From Octopus vulgaris (taxonomy: Eukaryota), in NCBI GenBank assembly GCA_951406725.2, contig OX597824.1:13144001-13208000 (forward strand): a stretch of 64,000 nucleotides of DNA, read 5' to 3'. Of this stretch, positions 12,871-27,149 are shown in pieces. The notes below the pieces were generated by a model. That model was not told where the DNA came from. It saw only the letters and a list, made by a program, of their open reading frames with translations, and did no database searches. The position numbers were made by a program, and so were the translations under genes. The stretch's first letter is position 1, and each line of letters starts with the position of its first letter.

Positions 12871-13320
12871 GGCGCAGGAGTGGCTGTGTGGTAAGTAGCT
12901 TGCTAACCAACCACATGGTTCCGGGTTCAGTCCTACTGCGTGGCATCTTGGGCAAGTGTCTTCTGCTATAGCCCCGGGCCGACCAATGCCTTGTGAGTGG
13001 ATTTGGTAGACGGAAACTGAAAGAAGCCTATCGTATATATGTATATATATATATATATATGTGTGTGTGTATATGTTTGTGTGTCTGTGTTTGTCCCCCT
13101 AGCATTGCTTGACAACCGATGCTGGTGTGTTTACGTCCCCGTCACTTAGCGGTTCGGCAAAAGAGACCGATAGAATAAGTACTGGGTTTACAAAGAATAA
13201 GTCCGGGGTCGATTTGCTCGACTAAAGGTGGTGCTCCAGCATGGCCGCAGTCAAATGACTGAAACAAGTAAAAGAGTAAAAGAGTAAAAGAGTAAAGAGT
13301 AATGAGTAAAGAGTAAAGAA
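12871..13320 (+). mobile_element. tRNA-derived SINE, family B (CORE-like, with internal microsatellite and (GTAAAAGA)n tail)
   Basis: ggcgcaggagtggctgtgtggtaag A-box-like, gggttcagtcc B-box-like, CORE-like cttgggcaagtgtctt. Confidence 0.85.
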
Positions 13321-13404
13321 CTAGTTTTCCATTTAAAATCTCAACTGAATTTGTGTTCACTTCGATCGTCATCTGTTCGATACTAGATCGTTATACTCCC
13401 TTCA

Positions 13405-13817
13405 TTCTTTACTCTCTTACTTGTTTCAGTCATTTGGCTGTGGCCATGCTGGAGCACCGCCTTTTAGTCGAGCAAATCGACTCCAGGATTTAATCTTTGT
13501 AAACCTAGTACTTATTCTATCGGTCTCTTTTGCCGAACCACTAAGTTACGGGGAAGTAAACACACCAGTATCGGTTGTCAAGCGATGTTGGGGGGGGGGC
13601 GCACAGATACACAAACATATACATACAAACATGCATATATATATACATATATACGACGGGCTTCTTTCAGTTTCTGTCTACCAAATCCACTCACAAGACT
13701 TTGGTCGGCCCGAGGCTATAGTAGAAGACACTTGCCCAAGATGTCACATAGTGGGACTGAACGCGGAACCATGTGGTTCGTAAGCAAGCTACTTACAACA
13801 CAGCCGCTCCTACGCCT
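13405..13817 (-). mobile_element. SINE family B
   Basis: Reverse-complement homologue of 12871-13320, tail-to-tail with it. Confidence 0.85.
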
Positions 13818-14487
13818 ATTGGCATGCGTACAGAAAATTCTTAATGTTAAAACAGCATTAACGCAAAAAGCCAGACCTCGTCCTCTTAGTTAGTAACAAG
13901 CATCCACTTCACGAATTCCAATACTTAGGAGAATATTTTCTTTAAATTCTAGTCTGCGGCCATAAACTATTGTCTACATGTCGTGCGAGCGACTGTGTGT
14001 TTGAGGGCGAGGAAGCTATGCATTTTATTCATCTCATTGTTCGGGAAACCTAACGAGCGAAATGTTTCTGGTTTTAATTTTTAGTTTGAACAAAGTGTTT
14101 GAGAGAGAAATCTGATTGGATAGTAAAGTAGCCTAACAAAAAAAAAAAAAAAATAATAAGACACTTCACGCAGGTGCAACGGGATTATGAATTGCTATCT
14201 AACGAATCCTTTGTCAAATCAACAAAGGTGTGTGCCTGTGTGTGTGTGCGTGTGCGTGTGCACCCGCGAATTCAATAACCACGTTGTGGCACGTCCTGCT
14301 CAAAATAGCAGGGAAATGCAGCTGAAATTACACCTTGCCGCTTAAAAGAGGACACAATAAACGGTGTTGCTAAAGTCTCATTATTCTTGAAAAATGTCGG
14401 ATGCTAAATGTCCGAAAACCTGTGATCGCAGATTTATTTGACGATTTCAAGCAAACCTTAATCAAAATCATTCCAAGCAAATATATA

Positions 14488-14753
14488 TTTGAACTCAGAA
14501 CGCAACGGCAGACGAAATACATATTTCTTTATTACCCACAGGGGCTAAACATAGAGGAGACAAACATGGACAGACATAGGTATTAAGTCGATTATATCGA
14601 CCCCAGTGCTTAACTGGTACTTAATTTATCGACCCCGAAAGGATGAAAGGCAAAGTCGACCTCGGCGGAATTTGAACTCAGAACATAGCGACAGACGAAA
14701 TACCGCTAAGCATTTCGCCCGGCGTGCTAACGTTTCTGCCAGCTCGCCGCCTT
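14488..14753 (-). mobile_element. SINE family A
   Basis: Full head-core-tail on the minus strand plus a partial repeat of the head. Confidence 0.88.
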
Positions 14754-14772
14754 TCAATATGTTATATCTATG

Positions 14773-15008
14773 AAGGTGGCGAGCTGGCAGAATGGTTAGC
14801 ACGCCGGGCGAAATGCTTAGCGGTATTTCGTCTGTCGCTATGTTCTGAGTTCAAATTCCGCCGAGGTCGACTTTGCCTTTCATCCTTTCGGGGTCGATGA
14901 ATAAAGTACCAGTTTCACACTGGGGTCGATGTAATCGACTTAATCCCTTTGTCTGTCTTTGTTTGTCCCCTCTATGTTTAGCCCCTTGTGGGTAGTAAAG
15001 AAATATAT
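14773..15008 (+). mobile_element. SINE family A
   Basis: aaggtggcgagctggcagaa...gtaaagaaata; head-to-head with the previous copy. Confidence 0.88.
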
Positions 15009-15744
15009 ATCTATAAGGAGCACTTGTATGAAGACTGAGTTTTATGTTGAGCTTGCACAATGAGCAAACGAGAAAAAAAACGAATAGGCAGTTGTATATT
15101 CAGTTTACGCAATATGTCAATCCTAAAGAATAAAGGTATTGGAATAATATTCCCTGGCTTTTATTTTACATATTTGTCCGAAAAATATATACTGGTGTAT
15201 ATCCTTATATATGATATATATCTAGTCTAATGATGCTCTGCCGTTGGGCAGGTCTTGTGCAGGTGAACCAGCACACTCTATACGACCTGGGAAGGCCACG
15301 CCCTCCTCTGAAGTCATAAAGTAGATAACTGGAACTTTAGGGATTTGAACTCAGAATGTAGAGCACCGTAATGTATGTCTGCCAACTCGCCAACGATTAG
15401 TCTACTTTCATTCGCAGAGCAACGATCTAGTGATCGTGAGTTCAACGCTGACCGGCGGACCACGCGCCTTCGCCCTTCTATATGACAATTACAAATACAA
15501 AAAGAAAGGATAAAAAATGTAATAATGGCTTGCAATTTTGGCACAAAGACAGCAATTTTCTTGAGGAGAGGTACGGCGATTACAGTGACCTCAGAGTTCA
15601 AATGGTACTCGTTTCATCGACCCCGAAAGGATGAAACATAAAGTCCCACTTGCGCAGAATTGAACTCGGAACGTATGAAGCACCGATAATCACTTTACCC
15701 AGCGGTCTGACTGTTCTGCTAGCTCATCATCCTAATAATATTCC

Positions 15745-15945
15745 TTTGTACTAAAGGCACAAGGCCTGAAATTTTTGGTGAGGGGTGTATTTGATTACAT
15801 CGACTCCAAAGTTTCACTGGTATTTATTTTATCGAGTCCGAGAGGATGAAAGGCAAAGCCGACCTCGGTGGAATTCGAACGTAAGGACGGACGAAATGTC
15901 GCTATGCATTTCTCCCGGTATGCTAACGATTCTGCCAGCTCACCA
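15745..15945 (-). mobile_element. SINE family A (diverged)
   Basis: ggatgaaaggcaaagccgacctcggtggaattcgaac...gctaacgattctgccagctc. Confidence 0.7.
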
Positions 15946-15949
15946 TAGC

Positions 15950-16030
<81 letters not shown>

Positions 16031-16040
16031 GATTGCAATA

Positions 16041-16557
16041 ATGTCTATTTATTGATTGACATGAGTATACTCTGTGACCATAATATCTCGACAAAAGAAT
16101 TTGGTAAGCTCAGAAAAAATAAAGACCTGCTAATCGAAATCGAAAAAATGTGGCATCTCAAGACGGTTACAATACCAGTGATTGTAGGATCACTTTGAAT
16201 GATAAAAAAAGGGAACTGAAAATTATTTAAGAATGATCCCTGGCTTACCATCCATTCAAGAAGTGCAAATGATTGTCTTAAATGGCGCGTCTCACATATT
16301 GAGAAGAGCATCGTCGCTGTAAATTTTCTTTTCTTTTTCCCCTTTTTTTTATTTGTTTACTCTTCTAGTTTTTAATTTTTTTCCTTTTTCTCTTTGTTTT
16401 CCTCCTTTTCTTTATAACATGACTTTGTAAATGAGCAGACATTCTGGTGTTTTTGTGTTAATGCCCTTCCAATGTATACAGTACGTTTCTCTTCCATAGG
16501 TGTCAGGAAGACACTCGGTAAGAAATGGAAACACAATTGAAAGACACTAATGAAAAC
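16041..16557 (+). mobile_element. R4/Dong-clade LINE 3' fragment
   Basis: LLIDMSILCDHNISTKEF...DLLIEIEKMWHLKTVTIPVIVGSL; 3' UTR like that of 6303-6468; (TAA)n flanks. Confidence 0.85.
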
Positions 16558-16558
16558 G

Positions 16559-16627
<69 letters not shown>

Positions 16628-16633
16628 GTAATT

Positions 16634-16787
16634 AATTCATGAATTTATTTATTTATTAATTTTTTAAATACATATTTTACCTATGAATTTGCGTGTGTAA
16701 TCTGGGAATGAATACAATGAGCTTCTCTGCCCTAGGTGTGCGGAAAACACTCGGCGAGAAACGGAAGAAAATTTGAAGAAAGAAGGA
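16634..16787 (+). mobile_element. R4/Dong-clade LINE, 3' UTR only
   Basis: Near-identical to 7574-7727 (attcatgaatttatt...gaagaaagaaggaa); (TAA)n flanks. Confidence 0.85.
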
Positions 16788-16974
16788 AATAATAATAATA
16801 ATAATAATAACAATAATAATAATAACAACAACAACAATAATGATAATAATAATAATGATAATAATAATAATAATAATAATAATGATAATAATAATGATAA
16901 TAATAATGATAATAATAACAATAATAATAATAATAATGATAATAATAATAATAATAATAATGATGATGATGATG

Positions 16975-17037
<63 letters not shown>

Positions 17038-17064
17038 TAATAATAATAATAAAAATAATAATGA

Positions 17065-17119
<55 letters not shown>

Positions 17120-17489
17120 AGGTAGCAAAGAACACCAAAATTCTGACAAGATCTTAATTTCTAGTTAAATTACGGCCGAGTCACGTCGTCCGCCCTGAAC
17201 AAATATAATTTATCACTTACAAAAGAAGAAATTATTGCAGACGCGGTTTTGCACTGTAAAGGGGGTTAACATTTGAAAGGAGAAATTACAGTTGTCAAAC
17301 TGAATTAGTGTAAAGGATATAATCTAGATTGAACTATATCACTAGCGCCATTATGATCATCATCGTAGTCGCATTTTTCATTGCGTTCGCCGTCTCCATC
17401 GCCTACCTCTCAAGATAAATTTACGTGATGTGATCATTATATGATTTCTTTCGGAGGTTACATTCATTAAATGTCATGAATATACGTAA

Positions 17490-17826
17490 ATACATACATA
17501 CATACATACATACATACATACATACATACATACATACATACATACATACATACATAAACACATACATACACACATACATAAACACATACATACATACATA
17601 CATACAGGCATACATACATACATACATACATACATACATACATACATACATACATACATACATACATACATACATACATACATACATACATAATTACATA
17701 TGAATGTGAGTGTAGATACGTAAATATTTCTCCCTCTCTCTCCATCACTCACTGCATCTCTGTCACTTACTCTCTGTCTCTCCCTGTCTTTGTTTGTCCC
17801 TCTGTTCCTTTCTCTCTCTCTCTCTC

Positions 17827-17857
<31 letters not shown>

Positions 17858-17860
17858 CTG

Positions 17861-17903
<43 letters not shown>

Positions 17904-18128
17904 GAGAGAGAGAGAGAGAGAAAGGGAGATGTAACTGCTTGCTTTCATACATATGTCAATATGATGTAAGTGGGATTAAGGTGGTGTGTTGTATAACGAA
18001 ACTCAATATCAAAACAAGCAGAGTGAATAGACACCGAAACTAATAGCAATCTGTACTCTTTGTACAGTGCCTGTTATTAAAGTTGGTATATACGTGCACA
18101 TAAGAATATATATATATGTATATATATA

Positions 18129-18210
<82 letters not shown>

Positions 18211-18402
18211 TGTATATATATGTATATATATGTATATATATGTGCATGTATATATATATATATATATATGTGTGTATATATGCATATATATGTGTATGTA
18301 TGAGAATGTGTATGCATGTATAGAGATAGATATAGGCATATACATATATATATATGTTATATATAATATATTTACATATACATATAATACATATATATAC
18401 AT

Positions 18403-18456
<54 letters not shown>

Positions 18457-18480
18457 GTATATATATAGATATATATAATG
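17490..18480. repeat. Compound microsatellite block (TACA)n/(TA)n/(GA)n/(TG)n
   Basis: Direct reading; similar blocks at ~8330-9170, 20000-20620, 21650-22020, 36050-36420, 39685-40010, 48120-48640 and 51610-52580. Confidence 0.9.
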
Positions 18481-18758
18481 ACGTGTATGTTTGTGGTTAA
18501 ATAACCGACTACTGGGTGTGTTTAATGTCAAATGTGATTGTGAGCAAGAAGAAAAGATACATCATTAGCAAGATAATTAATTAGACCCCGAATTAAAATT
18601 GCCGATATTTAGTAAACTTTGCTGGGTACACAAACGCACCCCGATATATAAGTGCAGATATTCCATGCACATGTGCATACGATCGCTAATATATGTGCAT
18701 ATACATACATATATATATTCATAAATATGCTTAATTATAGAAATTTATATGTGTGTGT

Positions 18759-18817
<59 letters not shown>

Positions 18818-19050
18818 CACATATATTCTAAATTTGTCTGCTGTATATTTCTGTGCGCATCCATGCATGCATACATGTGCACACATATATGTATATATAG
18901 CCAATCCAAACACGAACAAGCAACACGGGGACGTGGAATAAGTACAGTGTTATTGGACACTCAGATGAATATGTGTGTATAAATGATGTGTAAAAATACT
19001 CTTACACGCAGAGACACACACACACACGCATACACATAGATTTGTGTGTG

Positions 19051-19090
<40 letters not shown>

Positions 19091-19351
19091 TTTGTGTGTG
19101 TGTGTGTGTGTGCAAACAAACATATTGCAATGCATTAAATTTATTGGTGCGTAGGTCAGAAAATTCTCCATTGGCACCCGTCGCGATGCTGCTCTCTGAC
19201 AGGAAGCCACAGATCGAAGTGATAAGAGATTGATGGTCTTCATAGTTTGTTTAACTTCGACTGTGCCACCTGGTTCGCGTGTACCACCTGGTTGAAGTCT
19301 TTGCAGGTGTTGCGAGTAAGAGCACGGCTTCTGCCAATTTCCTTGAAGTCT

Positions 19352-19642
19352 AACCCAGAGTCATACATAGGTGAGACCTCTAGAAGCATCAATGATAGGT
19401 TCAAAGAACACCTGGACAACTACATTGAAAGGAAGCCAAACTCCATCTTCTACCAACATGCTGTAGACTGCCACAAGGGATCCTTAGGGGAGCTTAAGTT
19501 GAACATCCTATCAACACACCCCACCGATGCAATGATGAGACAGGTCACAGAAGCTGCTTGTATACAAGAATACAAACCTACTCTCAACCGAAAGTCCGAA
19601 TGGAATAACACCCAGATCCCATTCAGAAGGACTATTCTATAA
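19352..19642 (+). pseudogene. Penelope-like element GIY-YIG endonuclease C-terminal fragment
   Basis: SYIGETSRSINDRFKEH...IFYQHAVDCH...RQVTEAACIQEYKPTLNRKSEW matches the PLE GIY-YIG pattern (YIGET.R...R..EH ... E...I....P.LN); a pyrimidine-rich 3' tract follows the stop. Confidence 0.85.
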
Positions 19643-20788
19643 CCACCCCTCTCTCTCTCTACCTTTTACCTGTAGTCCTTACATACGGGTAGCAACGCGT
19701 ATGTGCAGTTATATACAACGGTATGAGCAGACGTTGTTTGATACGAACAGTTGCACCTAGGCGTTGTATCCATTCACGGTTAGACGATGATGAGAGGAAC
19801 AAACACACACCCATACACATATATATATGTGTGTGTGCGTCTATACAAACATATATGTAAATATGTATACAACCTTCAGCAAAGTAACAGTCATGTACAC
19901 AACTTGGACGGACACATGCCAGTACACGGACATACGTTCACATACACATACACATGTACACACTCTCACAGACACATCTGCCCATTCTCCTAGACACTCA
20001 CATACATACGTAGCACATGAATACAAACATACATACATACCTACGTATGGGCATACACACGTACATACGCACGTACATGTACGCACACACATACATGGGC
20101 ACATGCACACGAGCGCGTATACATACATACGCACATGCGTACGTATGTACATACACACATACATACACACATACATACGTACATACATACATACATACAT
20201 ACATACATACATACATACATACATACATACATACGCACATACATACATACATACATACGCACAATAGTAAAACATTAGTTCTGTGATATAGAGATAAAAA
20301 TCTGATAATAGATTTTAGGGTATAGTTTTGGGAGTAAGCGTCATAAATTCACTTTCTAGCTTCGGCCGTAGGAAGTTGAAATTTGATAGCTTTGTGATGA
20401 GTGGTCACTCTACATCCATCCATCGCTACAGGTTTATAGCTTTATGTTTTATAGAGTGTATGTGCGTGCATATACACACACATACATATATACATACATA
20501 CATACATACATACATACATACATACATACATACATGCATATACAGGCGTATGTGCGTACATGCATACGTACATACATACACACATGTATGCATACATACA
20601 CACATACATACGTACATATATATGACGAACTAACTGTTACTTTCTTAGATGCAGCACGGACTTTGTCAGTGAACAGGTCGCGGATTTTAGCGACGAAAAT
20701 ATTTTGACAAATTAAACTTAAATGTTGAAGTGAATCGAACGGCTTTTGTGTGTTTCTTAAATGGCTTATAAACACCTTCCACGCTGCA

Positions 20789-20833
<45 letters not shown>

Positions 20834-21708
20834 CGTAGATATTGCAGTTGTACAGATACTCCCACATACTCAACCGGAGACGTATGCACACGCATACAAC
20901 TGCCAGCACATATGAACAAGGTTATTCAAATTTTCTGTAGATACGAGCGGTCAAGCGGTCAAGCGGTCATAGCTACGTGATCCAGAAGTTCGTTTTGCAA
21001 CCATGCGGTTCTGGTTTCAGTTCCGTTGCACTGCATTTTAGGCAAGTGACAACTGCTACAATTCTGGACCGACTAATGCCAATGACTCGCGAGTGAAGTT
21101 GGTTTAATGGAAGTTGCGTTGAATCCCGTTACATGTGTACGCGTGTGGTTCTGTGTGTATGTGTGCATGTATGTGTGTGTGTGTGTGTGTGTATGTGTGT
21201 ATAAATCGGTGGTTTCCTTCAAAACTGCTGGAAATACTCGTGTTGGCTTGTCTACGTCGGCGTAACGGAATAGTTTGGCCTGGCCGTTGTCCAATGAATA
21301 AAATAAGCAAAAGATAAAAGCGAAGAGATAAGAGAGAGCAATAGAATTCGATGCTAATGGCAGGTCGATATTACTGTAGATTTATTGGTTTAAACGCTCA
21401 TTTTAATTCTGTTCACAAGTTTTAAGAGTGCCGAATCTTACGGGTGCTAAAAGCACTACTTCTGTTGCTGGTAAGTAGTATAGAAGCTGATGTATACATT
21501 TAGGGGTTTTATTGAAGTTGTAGTTCGGCAGTGTAGTTGTGCATTATATAGGTCAAAGGCGATGGTAAATACATACACAGACACACAAACACACGCGTGC
21601 ACGCAAATGCACTATACACAGGCACATATATGGGTACATGTGTCCGTGTATGTCTATACACATATGCATATATATAAACATATATATATATACATATGCA
21701 TATATATA

Positions 21709-21779
<71 letters not shown>

Positions 21780-21794
21780 GTGCATCCATATATA

Positions 21795-21868
<74 letters not shown>

Positions 21869-21920
21869 CATCCATACATACATAGATGCACACACACACA
21901 TGGATGTTCATATATATATG

Positions 21921-21986
<66 letters not shown>

Positions 21987-22202
21987 TGCATATATATATG
22001 TATATATGTATGATTATATAAATCCCCTACATATCTATGCTTGGCTGTGTGCGTTGCACCAAAAGTCAATATGAGATTTTCTCTCATGGTAATTACCGCA
22101 GTCTATGTTCTAACAGAGCGTTCACTTTTAAGTGGCGATAAATATTATCTTTTGACTGTGTGGTACGAAGCTAGCTTCTCAATCATATAGCTCCGTTGCA
22201 TT

Positions 22203-22284
22203 TTCTACTATAGCCTCGGGCCAACCAAAGCCTTGTGAGTGGATTTGGTAGACAGAAACTGAAAGAAGCCCGTCGTATATAAAC

Positions 22285-22319
<35 letters not shown>

Positions 22320-22389
22320 TTTATGTATGTATGTATGTATGTATGTATGTATGTATGTATGTATGTGTGTGTATGTGTGTCTCCCCATC

Positions 22390-22423
<34 letters not shown>

Positions 22424-22706
22424 CTATGTATGTATGTATGTATGTATGTATGTATGTATGTATGTATGTATGTATGTATGTATGTATGTATGCATGTGTG
22501 TGTATCTGTGTTTTCTCCCCGCCATCGCTTGACGACCGCTGTTTATGTGCTTATATCACCGTAACATAGTGGTTCGACAAAAGACACCGATAGAATAAGG
22601 ACTAGGCTTACAAAGAATAAGTCCTGGGGTCGATTTGTTCGACTAAAGGGGATGCGGTAGCATGGTCGCACTCAAATGACTGAAACAAGGAAAAGAATAA
22701 AAGAAT
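22203..22706 (+). mobile_element. SINE family B, 5'-truncated, with expanded internal microsatellite
   Basis: ttctactatagcctcgggcc...gaaagaagcccgtcg...gactgaaacaag. Confidence 0.8.
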
Positions 22707-22792
22707 ATATACACATTACATGACACATACACGCTAACATAGAGATAAAAATAAGGAACCTCTACAAGGATGTGTATACACACACACACATA

Positions 22793-22829
<37 letters not shown>

Positions 22830-23410
22830 GGACGTATGGACGTGGTTTTTTTGAGTGTTTTTAACTACTGGGTGTGTTTAATGTCAAATCTGCTTTTACG
22901 CTAGAAGAAAAGATATATCGTTAGAAAGATGATTAATTAGGCACGACATTAAGATTGTAGATATTTAGTAATGTCTCGTTGCAGATTTTCGCATACAGAT
23001 ATACACACAGACACACAGAGTCACAGACACAGAGACACACACGTGCTCTCTCACTCTCTCTCTCACAGACACACACTCACACATACACACAAGGAAGCAT
23101 GCAAAATACATACAAGCATGCACACTCTACCATCCCATCGAAATCATGTATATTGAAATCTTGTATATCCTGTATATCTATATATCTATATATAGATATG
23201 GATATAGATATATATATATATAGGGAGAGAGAGGAGGAAGAAAGAGGGAGAGAGAGGGAGAGAGGAAGTGAGTGACAGATAGGTGCATATATATATATAT
23301 TTATTTATATACATATATGTTTCCGCACACGTACACATACGTAAATCTTACCTATTTACGTACATGTATACATATGTATGAGCACACATGCGTCATACAT
23401 ACATACATTC

Positions 23411-23473
<63 letters not shown>

Positions 23474-24113
23474 CACACACATATATATATATATGTATGT
23501 ATATACGTAAACAGTGAGTACTAATTACAAACAAGGAGCATGCAGCGTGTAATTTGTTATTTTAATTCGAAGAAAACTTAATAATAACTAGTCTGATATT
23601 TAAAAACGATTTGCTACAATAAAATTTAATGATTTCGACAGACAAATGTGAGATAAGAGTAAATAAATATCTGAACTAATTACACCTTTGGTCAAAATAA
23701 TATAATTAATTGAAAGTTCCCGACGTTCAAACTGTGCCTAGTAAATGCACCGTGAAGTGCGTTCACCGAGAAGTCGCCGGAGTGTTTCAGGCGTAAAGTA
23801 CAAATACAATTCACTATAAGGTGTCATTGGTTGTGGATCTCCGTCGTTTGGTGTGGAGGATTCAGCTGTTCAATCAATGAATTGGTTACTGCTGAATCTC
23901 GAGTCTCAGCAGTATTAGTGTTCCACAGGTACAATGAATTACAGGTGTAGTGCATCTGGATGGCTTCTATACGGATTCCTGTCTACGCTATTTCACTCTC
24001 AAGTCGTGGGTCTACCCATGGCTATGGTAGCGCTTGCATAATGCTTGATGCGTACAACACAAACCTTTTACAATATTGTTACAACATATTTGATGACGTG
24101 TGCACGCATAGTC

Positions 24114-24200
<87 letters not shown>

Positions 24201-25223
24201 ACCATGACCGAACTGCAGTCGTGGATCAAAAAGAGGCCGAGGAAGGGCGAATGGCACCGCGAGTGTCGCATTGCTCTCGAGCAACTATGCCGTCCCGGGT
24301 CGACCATGAGCGACTGCAAACAATCAAAGCATTCTATAGGGGTTAGTGGAGGGGAGGAATGCCTGACGAGGAATGCCTGACACACTTGTTCAAGACGACT
24401 TTCGGGTCGGGACCTATGGACAACTTCCAGAGATCCATGGCCTAGCAGTGCTATCGCTTGCGCACCCCGTTCGAGATAAGCTCTACTGGCATGGCTCGAG
24501 GAACACGGAGCCGATCTGCCCGAGGTGCGGTCAGAGCAACGAAGCCGTTCTGCACGCAGTCGTACAGTGTCCAACCATTTCCGTCCTGTGGGCCTATGTC
24601 GAACGACTGCTATCGCGTGTGGGACGAGTCAGTTTATCAACCGAATCTATCGTGAATATTGTCGCGCCTCCTTCCTTGAAACGGGAAGGAAGAGCCATTT
24701 TCATCGTACTTGTGGCTATGGCTAAAGAATATGTATGGTGGACGTGTCTGTATGGTCTGGAGACAAGCACTTTTAACTCTGGTCAATCTCTCATCAACTT
24801 CTTCAAGTATTACAGGAAGGGGAAGGTGAGAGTAGAGGGGGTAGTTTTGTCTAGTGAATGTTTCAAAAAAAGATGGGTGAATGTAGCAAGAATGGCTGTG
24901 AATGACGGAGCCACCTTGAGCATAATCCTATGAACCAGCAAAAGAAAGGAAGAAAGCGAGTTACTTACTGTAATGTGTTTTTTGCATGACATTTTTGCCC
25001 GAGGTTACCGTGGTCTTTTCCTTAGGCTTTTCTTTCTACGGATAAACCTAATTTGTTTCCGCTTTTACATTATGACATTTCCGTGATACATGATCCCTAT
25101 TGATCGGCTTCCTTTTTGTTTTCTTTCTACGATCCCTTTTGATCGAAATTCTACCCCACTTTTTTGTTTCCTTCCCAAAAAGAAAAGCTCTACTTTGTAT
25201 TTTATCCCCTCTGTATTCAGCTC
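24201..25223 (+). mobile_element. Tx1/L1-clade LINE 3' fragment (ORF2 C-terminal zinc finger + 3' UTR) within (TATC)n
   Basis: PVRDKL...ICPRCGQSNEAVLHAVVQCP...LW is a CxxC...H...C zf-RVT-like motif; T-rich UTR with aataaa; (TCTA)n on both sides. Confidence 0.8.
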
Positions 25224-25244
25224 AGTGTGGCTAATAAAGAACCA

Positions 25245-25330
<86 letters not shown>

Positions 25331-26102
25331 CCTACCTACCTACCTACCTACCTATCTAACTACCTATCTTCTCTCTTAATATACATGTGTGTACGCGCGC
25401 ACACGCACACATACACATACACACATATACACACATCTCAAAGTGATATTAGCGCGAGTTTAGCATTTGTACACCAAATATTTACAAAAGAATAAAGGGT
25501 ATGTTACTGTAGGAAACTGTATGTTACTCGGCACGTGAAAATAGTTTCAATAATGATGATGATGATGATGATTATGATTAAAAACTTCTGTTATATGCTA
25601 CTGATGAGGCGCATTGCATAGATTGGTTAAAAAAGTGCGGCTAGGAAAGTTATATAGAAATCGACCGCGAAAATAAAAGGAAGTGTAAAATATCCAAAAC
25701 TCTATATCGTCCTAAGAATTGGAATGTTTCATAAGACCAGTAGCAGAACCCTGAATAATCTGGATTAACCTACTAACCAAAAGTATAAATATGTTTGCGT
25801 GTTCAAATGTCATTTTGTAGCCTAGAGGCGCCACTCGCTTCCATCTTCGAAGAAATTTGTTAGGTCAGCATCGCTCTCTCCCAACTCGCTATCTTTTCCT
25901 GTAAATGTCAATGAGGAGTTGAGAATGCTTGTGAGGAAAGTATTTTTTTCTTGGTCACATTACTCACATTCACTACACAATCTCTATGAGTGACAGATTA
26001 AAACTGTCAGACCTCCTTAATCAAAGTTAGGCAGCGGCTGATCTTCGTGATGAATCCGACTCAGACGCGACACCATTTGTTCAAGGAAAAAGACAGACTG
26101 AT

Positions 26103-26337
26103 ACCTATTTCTTTACTACCCACAAGACGCTAAACACAGAGGGGACAAACAAGGACAGACAAACGGATCAAGTCGATTACATCGACCCCAGTGCGTAACT
26201 GGTACTTAATTTATCGACCCGAAAGGATGAAAGGCAAAGTCAACCTCGCCGGAATTTGAACTCAGAATGTAACGGCAGACGAAATACGGCTACGCATTTT
26301 ACCCGGCGTGCTAACATTTCTGCCAGCTCGCCACCTT
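26103..26337 (-). mobile_element. SINE family A; TSD ~agactgatacc
   Basis: Full-length copy with a flanking direct repeat. Confidence 0.88.
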
Positions 26338-27149
26338 ACAGAGACTGATACCGGACAGTGAGACAGATGATGAAATTAATAGAGGAAAAGGGAGAGAGAA
26401 AGAGAGAGAGAGAGAGAGGGGGGAGAGAGAGACAGAGGCCGAGTGAGAAGGAATGGTTAGAGAGATAGAGAAAGAGCTGTAGTGGAAAAGGAAAAGACAG
26501 GAGCAGGAAATAGGCCGTACAGCGTGTGCTCTTTGCATGCTTAATTTCGAAGTTTCATGCAACAGCTGTAGGCAACATTAAATTATCACAGCCAGGTAAA
26601 GGAAACATCTTGATCAATAAGTTCAATGCGTTCAATGACGCCCAAAAACAAAGGGTACTTAGTAACTTTGTAATACGCTACCGAATAAAATACTTATTAA
26701 ACAACATATATACGTTTACAAAATGATGACTATTCCAAGCCTTTTGAAATTTTTATGTTGTTGTTGGTAATTTAAAGAAGAGTTTTGTTTAAGCTTCTCG
26801 CGGGGAATAATTCGCATTAAAAACCAATTTTAAATATGTGATTAATGAAAACTCATTGATGTGTTAGCGGATCAGTTTTATTATGATGTTGAACAATCTT
26901 AAGAAATAAAAATATTATGTAAGATTTTATGAGAGCTTTAATGAATATCATACAAGAATACATGGACTGAAAAAAGGCAGTACATTTATTTTAAAAAATA
27001 GTAGTTGATTTAAATGTTTCACAATATAACGTATACTGGCAGTAGTATTTTTGTACACAGTTATGTTCATGCTTCGTGAAATGACCACGAAATGATTTTA
27101 CTCACATTTACAGTTCTATTTCGAATCAACAGATACAGTAGATTTACGT

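Noticed and set aside
12871-12945. tRNA genes at the SINE heads (also 2983, 14773, 42810 and others)
   Set aside because: A/B-box-like motifs continue into SINE bodies with tails and TSDs; no intact cloverleaf
19783-19800. ATGATGA after the Penelope fragment as a pLTR hammerhead remnant
   Set aside because: Core mismatch, and truncated by microsatellite before any GAAA
25601-25650. CTGATGA hammerhead box
   Set aside because: No properly placed GAAA and no helices
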